From contig JAPLHB010000170.1 of assembly GCA_026389845.1 (NCBI GenBank), forward strand, positions 41,368-105,367: a stretch of 64,000 bases of DNA, in the 5' to 3' direction. The translations under genes were made by a program, and so were the position numbers. Source of the DNA: Chloroflexota bacterium (GTDB lineage: Bacteria > Chloroflexota > Anaerolineae > CG2-30-64-16). This document shows positions 48,559 to 55,214 of this stretch, one piece after another (the first letter of the stretch is position 1; the number at the start of each line of letters is the position of its first letter). The notes beneath the pieces were generated by a model that did no database searches, was not told where the DNA came from, and saw only the letters and a program-made list of their open reading frames with translations.

Positions 48559-48856
48559 TCGCTCGCGCCCTCCACTGCCCTTTGTGCCGGTGATGCTTCG
48601 TCGCCAGCAATGCCGCTTCCACCAACTCAGCAATCATACCACTCACAAATGCAATATCATCATCAATTTCCTTCTCTGCCGCCCGCTCCGCGCGTCGCGC
48701 CGCCAGCTCGGCCTCTCGCGCCTCCGCCCGGCCGCGGGCAGCCGCTTCCATCAGCTCGCCCAACGGCCCGCCGCCCGCGTACATGGACACGACCCGTCCG
48801 CCGACCCGCCGCTTTACATAATAATACCACTGTCCGTTCCGAGTTTCCCATGCCAT
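48551..48856 (-). CDS. Hypothetical small protein (first gene of the antisense module)
   Basis: MAWETRNGQWYYYVKRRVGGRVVSMYAGGG... is followed by a charged helix and then HHRHKGQWRAR. No family was recognised. Confidence 0.55.
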   Translation of the reverse strand: MAWETRNGQWYYYVKRRVGGRVVSMYAGGGPLGELMEAAARGRAEAREAELAARRAERAAEKEIDDDIAFVSGMIAELVEAALLATKHHRHKGQWRARANG

Positions 48857-48897
48857 CGTTTGTGCTACACTTTCCGGCGACCCCCGCCTGCTCACCC

Positions 48898-48926
48898 ATT
48901 CTAGCACGGTTGTGCGTCCAGCACAA
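48898..48926 (-). promoter_or_regulatory. Promoter of the antisense module, with a palindromic operator-like site
   Basis: On the minus strand: TTGTGC, a 17-nt spacer, then TAGAAT. The -35 is half of the perfect inverted repeat TTGTGC-N5-GCACAA (48910-48926). A third TTGTGC half-site lies at 48860-48865, next to the start codon. Confidence 0.55.
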
Positions 48927-48980
48927 ATGTTCGCGCGGGGGTAACGCAAAACTGTCGGCATCCCGTAGCCTAGCCCCCTT

Positions 48981-50504
48981 GTGGGCGTCTTGGTGTCGAG
49001 CGGATGGGCGCAAGGCCCTATGGGAGCTTACTTGCCTTCGCTAACCGAACAAAAGACCGGCCGGCCCCTCCTCCTGATCCTGGCCGTCGCCATCCTCCTG
49101 CGCGTCGCTCTCGCCCTCACCCTGGGCGACACGACCCCACCGGGCAAGGACGAAACCTCCTACTTCACGCTGGGCGCGCGCGTCGCTGCCGGCCACGGCT
49201 TCACCTTCGACCGGCCCTGGTATCCCTTCACCCCGGCCGAAACCCCCACCGCCCACTGGTCGTTTCTCTACGCGCTCATCGTCGCCGCGGTCTACACCGT
49301 CGCCGGGCCCCATCCACTGGCCGTTCGCCTCGTCAGCGCCGTCCTATCCGGCCTGCTGCTGCCCTGGCTCACCTACCGCCTGGCGGTCCGGGTGACAGCG
49401 GTCCGGGTGACAGCGGTCAGGGGACAGGGGTCAGGGGACAGGGGTCAAGAGTCAGAGGCCAGATCTTCTGCCTCCTGTCTTCTGCCTCCTGCCTCCTGCC
49501 TCCTGTCTCCTGCCTCCTGTCTCCTGCCTCCTGTGCTCGCCGCTGCCCTGGCCGCCGTCTACCCCTACTTCATCCTCTACGGCGCCATGATCCAGACCGA
49601 GGCCTTCTACATCTGCGCGCTGCTCTGGTCGCTGGAACGGACGTTAGCCCTCGAATGGCAAATCGCAAACGGCAAACGGCAAACGGCAAATCTGCAATCT
49701 GCAATCCGCAATCTGCAATCCACAATCCTCCTCGGCCTCAGCCTGGGCATCGCCACCCTCTTCCGCCAGTCCGTCCTGCCGTGGGTCGCCGTCCTCTTCG
49801 CCTGGTTGCTCTATGCCGGATGGCGCGCCGGCCGTCTGCGGCAGATGATTGTGGCCGTCTCAGCCTCAACCTTAGCCTTAGCCTTATGTCTCGCGCCCTT
49901 CACCGTCCGCAACTACCGCGTCTACGGCAACTTCCTGCTGCTCAACTCCAACGCCGGCTACGCCATGTACTCAGCCCAGCACCCCATGCACGGCGTCAGC
50001 TTCCAGGAATTCGCCGCCGCGCCCCTGCCGGATGACCTGCTCAGGCTGAATCTAAACGAGGCGCAGTGGGACAAAGCCCTCATGCAGCGCGGCATCGGCT
50101 TTGTCCTGGCCGAGCCGGGCCGCTACCTGCGCTTGAGCCTCAGCCGCGTGCCCGACTACTTCGAGTTCTGGCCGAAGCCCGGCACGTCCCTCGTCAACAA
50201 CATCGGCCGTGTCGCCTCATTCGGGTTATTTTTGCCGTTCATGCTGTACGGGATTTACCTTGAGGTTAAGGCTAAGGTCAAGGCTCAGGGAGGATACTTC
50301 TCAGCCTCAGCCTTAACCTTGACCTTAGCCTTCGTCATCTTCTACAGCGCGCTCCACATCCTCACCTGGGCCATGCCGCGCTATCGGCTGCCCGTGGATG
50401 CAGTGCTGCTGATCTTCGCGGCGGCTGGTCTGGCCGACCTGCTCGCACGGCTGGCATCACGCACTCGACAACGCGCCCGCCCTGAACCTCAACCTAAACC
50501 TTAG
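48981..50504 (+). CDS. GT-C-fold membrane glycosyltransferase (ArnT/PMT-like) carrying five in-frame simple-repeat insertions
   Basis: It has the first-loop motif GKDETSYF and many transmembrane helices. An alternative ATG start lies at 49020. Confidence 0.75.
   Translation: MGVLVSSGWAQGPMGAYLPSLTEQKTGRPLLLILAVAILLRVALALTLGDTTPPGKDETSYFTLGARVAAGHGFTFDRPWYPFTPAETPTAHWSFLYALIVAAVYTVAGPHPLAVRLVSAVLSGLLLPWLTYRLAVRVTAVRVTAVRGQGSGDRGQESEARSSASCLLPPASCLLSPASCLLPPVLAAALAAVYPYFILYGAMIQTEAFYICALLWSLERTLALEWQIANGKRQTANLQSAIRNLQSTILLGLSLGIATLFRQSVLPWVAVLFAWLLYAGWRAGRLRQMIVAVSASTLALALCLAPFTVRNYRVYGNFLLLNSNAGYAMYSAQHPMHGVSFQEFAAAPLPDDLLRLNLNEAQWDKALMQRGIGFVLAEPGRYLRLSLSRVPDYFEFWPKPGTSLVNNIGRVASFGLFLPFMLYGIYLEVKAKVKAQGGYFSASALTLTLAFVIFYSALHILTWAMPRYRLPVDAVLLIFAAAGLADLLARLASRTRQRARPEPQPKP
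49384..49534 (+). repeat. Composite repeat: 15-mer x2, G-rich heptamers, then C-rich heptamers
   Basis: gcggtccgggtgaca x2, then (GTCAGGG/GACAGGG)n, ccagatc, then (CCTCCTG/TCTCCTG)n. It encodes VRVTAVRVTAVRGQGSGDRGQESEARSSASCLLPPASCLLSPASCLLPP. Confidence 0.9.
49657..49730 (+). repeat. Heptamer repeats (GGCAAAC)n then (GCAATCT/GCAATCC)n
   Basis: caaatcgcaaacggcaaacggcaaacggcaaatctgcaatctgcaatccgcaatctgcaatccacaatcc. It encodes QIANGKRQTANLQSAIRNLQSTI. Confidence 0.9.
50258..50333 (+). repeat. Hexamer repeat with a complementary arm (AAGGYT)n ... (ARCCTT)n
   Basis: ccttgaggttaaggctaaggtcaaggctcaggg...ctcagcctcagccttaaccttgaccttagcc. It encodes LEVKAKVKAQGGYFSASALTLTLA. Confidence 0.9.
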
Positions 50505-50530
50505 CCTTGACCTTGACCTCAAACTCAGCC
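50481..50530 (+). repeat. Hexamer repeat spanning the gene junction
   Basis: cctgaacctcaacctaaaccttagccttgaccttgacctcaaactcagcc covers the stop of the GT-C gene and ends at the ATG of the next gene. Confidence 0.85.
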
Positions 50531-51673
50531 ATGCACATCACCTACGTCCTTCTCTCCCCCACCTTCGGCATGCACCAATACACCGCGGATCTGGCGAACC
50601 GCATGGCCGAAGCGGGGCACGAGATCAGCCTGATCACCACCAGCCGCCTGCCGCGCGACCGCTACGACGGCCGCGTGCGCATCGTCGCGCCCGTGGACAA
50701 CCGCACCACCGGCTTCGGTCGCGAGGGCCTCGACCGCGGGGGCTACCGTCGCGTACTGGACGCGCTCACGTTCGCACGTGCCAACGTTAGCACGTTCCAA
50801 CCTGCCAACCCGCCCGCACCGGACGTCGTCCACTTCACCGGGCCCCACCTGTGGAACGTGCCGCTGCTCGCGCACCTGGCCCGCGCCGGCGTGCCCACCG
50901 TCCAAACCCTGCACGACCTGGACCCCCACCGCGGGGTGCGCTTCGGCGGGCTGATCCGCGTGTGGAACCGCCTGGTGGTGCGCTACGCCGGCCGGGTGCT
51001 CGTCCACGCCCAGGCCTACCGCGAACGCCTGCTGGCGCGCGGTCTGGCGCCGGAGCGGATCGTCTCCGCGCCGCTGCTGCACCTCTTCCTCGGCGCCACC
51101 GCGCTCACCAGCCAGCCCGGCCTGGCCGACGACGTGACTTACGAGCCGTTTGCCCTCTTCTTCGGCCGGATCGAGCGCTACAAGGGCGTGGAGACCCTGC
51201 TGGCCGCCGCCGCCATGCTGAACGGCCTCGGCTGCGACCCCTGCCGGATCGTCCTGGCCGGGGCCGGCGCGATTGACCGGCTGTGGGCCGGCGCACTGCC
51301 GCCGCAGGTCGAGCTGCTCGGCGGTCACGCCGGCGATGCCCAGGCCGTAGACCTCTTCCGGCGCTGCCGGCTTCTGGTGTTGCCCTACACCGACGCCAGC
51401 CAATCGGCGCTGATCGCCGCGGCCTACTTCTTCCGCAAGCCGGTGATCGTCACCCGCGCCGGCGCGCTGCCCGAATACGTGGCCCACGGCCGCACCGGCT
51501 ACATCGTCGAACCGGATCACCCCGCCGGCCTCGCCCGCCGCCTGGCCGAGCTGCTCGGCGCCCCCGACCGCGCCGCGGCCCTGGGCGCCGCCGGCCGCGC
51601 CTGGTACGACGCCCAGCACCGCGCCGAAGAAGCGACGTTGATGAAGATGTACCAGGACCTGGCGCGGACGTAG
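50531..51673 (+). CDS. GT4 glycosyltransferase
   Basis: MHITYVLLSPTFGMHQYTADLANR...FGRIERYKGVETLL...LPYTDASQSALIAAAYFFRKPVIVTRAGALPE. Confidence 0.8.
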   Translation: MHITYVLLSPTFGMHQYTADLANRMAEAGHEISLITTSRLPRDRYDGRVRIVAPVDNRTTGFGREGLDRGGYRRVLDALTFARANVSTFQPANPPAPDVVHFTGPHLWNVPLLAHLARAGVPTVQTLHDLDPHRGVRFGGLIRVWNRLVVRYAGRVLVHAQAYRERLLARGLAPERIVSAPLLHLFLGATALTSQPGLADDVTYEPFALFFGRIERYKGVETLLAAAAMLNGLGCDPCRIVLAGAGAIDRLWAGALPPQVELLGGHAGDAQAVDLFRRCRLLVLPYTDASQSALIAAAYFFRKPVIVTRAGALPEYVAHGRTGYIVEPDHPAGLARRLAELLGAPDRAAALGAAGRAWYDAQHRAEEATLMKMYQDLART

Positions 51674-51787
51674 GGTGCCCTGTGGCGCAATCCGCTGGAT
51701 TGCCGCTCGGCTGCGCCCCACGCGCAAGCCGGCGGCTTGCGGTACATTTTCACCCGGCTGAATCGTAACCCCAAGGGACACCCACCC

Positions 51788-53257
51788 ATGACCGACCCCA
51801 TCAACACCTTCCCCATGGCCGGGTCACATCCGGCCGCGGCGCGCATCCGCACCATGCGCCTGTCCCTGGCCGAGCGCCGCATCCTCCTGCGGGCCGTCGA
51901 TCTGCTGCTGCTCAACAGTGCGCTGCTGCTCTCGGTGGTGTGGCTCGGCGGCTACACGGTCGCGGCAGCGCTGGCCGTCGGCTACCTCAAGTGGTACGTC
52001 ACCCTGAGCCTCCTGTGGCTGATCGCGGCCAACGTCCTGGATCTCTACAACCTGGCGCGCGCGGCCAGCGGCACGGCCATCGTCGGCGCCAGCGCCCTGG
52101 CCGCGCTGCTCACCGCACTGGCCTACCTGATGATCCCCTGGCTTACCCCGCCGCTGGCCAACCGCAGCTACGGCGCCGGCTTCGTGCTGCTGGCGACCGC
52201 CGCGCTGGCCGGCTGGCGCGCGGTCTACGCCCGCGGGCTGTCGCAGCCGGCCTTCTATCGCCACGCGCTGGTGGTGGGCGCTGGCCCGGCCGCCCGTGAG
52301 CTGCTGGCCGAGCTGCGCGCCGGGGCCACCGCTAAGCGGCCCAACCCCTACCGCGGCACCGGCTATCGCATCGTCGGCATAGTGCCCCTGGGCGGCGAAG
52401 GCGCCGGCGACCTGCTGCCGGTGCTGGGCGAGCCGGCGGAACTGGCCGGGCTGGTCCGCCAGCACGACGTGGACGAGATCATCCTGGCCGACCCGCTGGC
52501 AGCCCAGGCCGACCCGGCCACATTCCAGGCGCTGCTCGACTGCCGTGAGTTGGGCATCCCGGTCCATGCGCTATCCGAAGTCTACGAGCGGCTGACCGCG
52601 CGCCTGCCGGTGGAATACGCCCACTGCGACCCGGCCCTCACCCTCAGCCCGGCCGACAGCGCAGGCATCCGGCTCTACGCAGCCGCCAAGTGGCTCACCG
52701 ACCGGGTGGGCGGGCTTGTCGGGCTGCTGGCGTTGGGGCTGCTGGCGCCCATCGTGGCCCTGGCGAACGCGCTCTGGTCGCCCGGCCCGCTCTTCTACCG
52801 CCAGGAGCGCCTGGGGCTGGGCGGCCGGCCCTTCGCCGTGCGCAAATTCCGCACCATGATCGTGGACGCCGAGCGCGCAACCGGCGCGGCCTGGGCCACA
52901 CTCGGCGACCCGCGCATCACTCCCGTAGGCGTCTTCCTGCGGAAATCGCGGCTCGACGAGCTGCCCCAGGTGTTCAACATCCTGGCCGGCGAAATGAGCC
53001 TGGTCGGCCCCCGGCCCGAACGCCCGGAATTCGTCGGCAAGCTGGCCGCAGAGCTGCCGGCCTACCGCATCCGCCACGCGGTCAAGCCCGGCATCACCGG
53101 CTGGGCGCAGGTGCGCTGCGACTACGGCGACTCGGTGGAGGCCGCCCGCATCAAGCTGGAGCACGACCTCTACTACGTGCGCCACGCCGGCTTCTACCTG
53201 GATCAGTTGATCCTGCTGAAAACCGCCGCCGTGGTGCTGGGGATGCGCGGAAGATAG
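51788..53257 (+). CDS. Polyprenyl-phosphate glycosyl-1-phosphate transferase (WbaP/EpsB-type initiating 'bacterial sugar transferase')
   Basis: It has N-terminal transmembrane helices, a central NAD-like domain, and the C-terminal PGPLFYRQERLGLGGRPFAVRKFRTM...DELPQVFNILAGEMSLVGPRPERPEF. Confidence 0.9.
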   Translation: MTDPINTFPMAGSHPAAARIRTMRLSLAERRILLRAVDLLLLNSALLLSVVWLGGYTVAAALAVGYLKWYVTLSLLWLIAANVLDLYNLARAASGTAIVGASALAALLTALAYLMIPWLTPPLANRSYGAGFVLLATAALAGWRAVYARGLSQPAFYRHALVVGAGPAARELLAELRAGATAKRPNPYRGTGYRIVGIVPLGGEGAGDLLPVLGEPAELAGLVRQHDVDEIILADPLAAQADPATFQALLDCRELGIPVHALSEVYERLTARLPVEYAHCDPALTLSPADSAGIRLYAAAKWLTDRVGGLVGLLALGLLAPIVALANALWSPGPLFYRQERLGLGGRPFAVRKFRTMIVDAERATGAAWATLGDPRITPVGVFLRKSRLDELPQVFNILAGEMSLVGPRPERPEFVGKLAAELPAYRIRHAVKPGITGWAQVRCDYGDSVEAARIKLEHDLYYVRHAGFYLDQLILLKTAAVVLGMRGR

Positions 53258-53277
53258 GGAAGGTTGAAGGTTAAAAG

Positions 53278-53510
53278 GCAATACCGCAAAAGTCGCTACC
53301 GAGCGCTTCGACCGCTTGTCATTCTGAGCGGGTTACCCCCTAACCTCTCGCGACGGCGAACATCCAGCGAAGAATCCGTTCGCTACGCTCAGACAGGTCC
53401 ATGTGCGGCCACGGATTCTTCGCTGGTGTCATGCCGTAACGAGAATTCAGGGACAGACCCGCTCAGAATGACAGCGAGCAGATAACGAGTTTTGCTCCAT
53501 TGCGTTATAA
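53278..53510. repeat. MITE-like long-hairpin repeat element, copy 4
   Basis: gcaaaagtcgct...cttgtcattctgagcgggt ... acccgctcagaatgacag...acgagttttgctccattgcg. The internal inverted repeat is cagcgaagaatccg / cggattcttcgctg. Confidence 0.7.
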
Positions 53511-53552
53511 AGATAACCTTGCACCTGCAACCTTGCACCTGTAACCCCATCC

Positions 53553-55010
53553 ATGTCCAACATCCTCTTCCTGACCCAAGTCTTGCCCTACCCGCTGGAT
53601 GCCGGCCCCAAGGTGCGCGCCTATCACATGCTGCGGCATCTGGCCGGCCAGCACCAGGTAACGCTCGTCTCCTTCACCCGGCCCGATGATCCGCCCGAGG
53701 CGACCGCCCACCTGCGTCCCTACTGCCACGGCATCTACCAGGTCCCCATCCGCCGCTCCCTCTGGCAGAACATCCGGGCCGGCATCAAAGGACTGGCGAC
53801 CGGCCTGCCCATCGTGATCGTCCGCGACGAAAGTCCCGCGATGACAGCCGTCCTGCGTCGGATCACGGCCGAGACCGCCTACGACGTCATCCACGCCGAC
53901 CAGCTCTCCATGGCCGGCTGGGGCCTCCTGGCCGCCCGCCTCGCCGCCGACGCCCCTTCGCGCCCTTTGCCCTTCGCGTCCTTCGCCTTCGTGCCCTTCG
54001 TGCTTCGCGTCCTTCGAGGCCCTTCGCGCCTTCGCGATCCAAACGCCCCTTCGCGGCTTCGTCATCCAAACGTCCCCCGCACCGTGCTCGACGAGCACAA
54101 CGCCATCTACATGCTGTCCCGGCGCATGGCCGCCGAGGAACCCCACCTCCTGCGCCGCCTGGTGATGGCCCGCGAGGCCCGCGCCTTCGCCCGCTACGAG
54201 GCCGCCATCTGCCGCGCCTACGACGCCGTGCTCACCGTCACCGAGGAAGACCGCTCCCATCTGCTCGCGCTCCAGAAGTCAGGGGTCAGGGAGCAGGGGG
54301 CAGCAACCAACAACCAGCAACCGGCGACTGACAATCTGCAATCTGCAATCACCGTCATCCCCATCTGCGTAGACCCGGAAGCCGTCCAGCCAATCTGCAA
54401 TCTGCAATCTGCAATCTGCAATCACAAATCCATCCTCCACCTCGGCACCATGTTCTGGCCGCCCAACGTGACCGGCGTGCTCTGGTTTGCGCGCGAGGTG
54501 CTGCCGTTGGTGCGGCGCCAGATCCCGGAGGCGCGCTTCGTGATCGTCGGCAAAAAGCCGCCCCCCGAGGTCCAGGCCCTGGCGGCCGACCCCCGTATCC
54601 TGGTCACAGGCTACGCGCCCGACCCCACTCCCTACCTGGCCGCGAGCGACGTCTTCGTCGTGCCCCTACATGTGGGCGGCGGCATGCGCGTCAAGATCCT
54701 CGATGCGTGGCTGTGGGGCCAGCCCATCGTGTCCACCCCGGTCGGCGCAGAGGGGATCGCGGTGCGAGATGGGGAGAACATCCTCCTGGCCGCCGGCGCG
54801 GCCGCCTTTGCCGCCGCGGTCGTGCGGCTGCTCACCGATGCGGCGCTCAACGCCGCGCTGCGCGCCAACGGCCGCGCGTGGGTGGAGGCGAACTACAGTT
54901 GGCAGGCGGTCTATCGGCAGGTGGACGCGGTCTACGCGCGGCTGCTGTCATCGCCGCCGAGCATCGAGCCACCCAGCCAGGTCGCCCAGGGGTTCGGAAC
55001 CCCCGCCTGA
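53553..55010 (+). CDS. GT4 glycosyltransferase carrying two in-frame simple-repeat insertions
   Basis: MSNILFLTQVLPYPLDAGPKVRAYHML...GGGMRVKILDAWLWGQPIVSTPVGAEG. Confidence 0.8.
   Translation: MSNILFLTQVLPYPLDAGPKVRAYHMLRHLAGQHQVTLVSFTRPDDPPEATAHLRPYCHGIYQVPIRRSLWQNIRAGIKGLATGLPIVIVRDESPAMTAVLRRITAETAYDVIHADQLSMAGWGLLAARLAADAPSRPLPFASFAFVPFVLRVLRGPSRLRDPNAPSRLRHPNVPRTVLDEHNAIYMLSRRMAAEEPHLLRRLVMAREARAFARYEAAICRAYDAVLTVTEEDRSHLLALQKSGVREQGAATNNQQPATDNLQSAITVIPICVDPEAVQPICNLQSAICNHKSILHLGTMFWPPNVTGVLWFAREVLPLVRRQIPEARFVIVGKKPPPEVQALAADPRILVTGYAPDPTPYLAASDVFVVPLHVGGGMRVKILDAWLWGQPIVSTPVGAEGIAVRDGENILLAAGAAAFAAAVVRLLTDAALNAALRANGRAWVEANYSWQAVYRQVDAVYARLLSSPPSIEPPSQVAQGFGTPA
53952..54072 (+). repeat. 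Octamer-like repeat (CCCTTCGY / CCTTCGCG)n inside the GT4 gene
   Basis: gccccttcgcgccctttgcccttcgcgtccttcgccttcgtgcccttcgtgcttcgcgtccttcgagg... It encodes APSRPLPFASFAFVPFVLRVLRGPSRLRDPNAPSRLRHPN. Confidence 0.9.
54278..54424 (+). repeat. Heptamer repeats (GTCAGGG, CAACCAG, GCAATCT) flanking a conserved GT4 segment
   Basis: gtcaggggtcagggagcaggggg..caaccaacaaccagcaacc..(caatctg)n...(caatctg)5. The unique segment between the arrays encodes ITVIPICVDPEAVQP. Confidence 0.9.
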
Positions 55011-55049
55011 AACTGCCAAGCGGCCTCAACCGCTGCGGGTACCGCGGTC

Positions 55050-55069
55050 AGGCCCTGCGGGGCCTTTTT
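55050..55069 (+). terminator. Rho-independent terminator ending the long + strand operon
   Basis: The stem aggccc/gggcct has the loop tgcg and is followed by TTTTT. It lies about 40 nt after the stop at 55010. Confidence 0.6.
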
Positions 55070-55140
55070 AAATTCAGCCGTCGGATTCTATCCGCCGGGC
55101 GACTCAGCCGGCGGGTTTCAACCTGCGGCATTGCGCCTAG

Positions 55141-55169
55141 TTGCGCCATAGCCCAATCGAGGGTATAAT
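55141..55169 (+). promoter_or_regulatory. Sigma-70-type promoter
   Basis: TTGCGC (55141-55146), a 17-nt spacer, then TATAAT (55164-55169). Confidence 0.6.
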
Positions 55170-55214
55170 CCGGGTCAATGGTCAGCAGCAAACTCAACCT
55201 TGACCTCAACCATC

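Noticed and set aside
54330-54424. A possible CRISPR-like array, from the regularly repeated caatctg / gtcaggg motifs here and at 49657 and 20511.
   Set aside because: The period is only 6-8 nt, there are no unique spacers and no cas genes. These are simple tandem repeats, not CRISPR.
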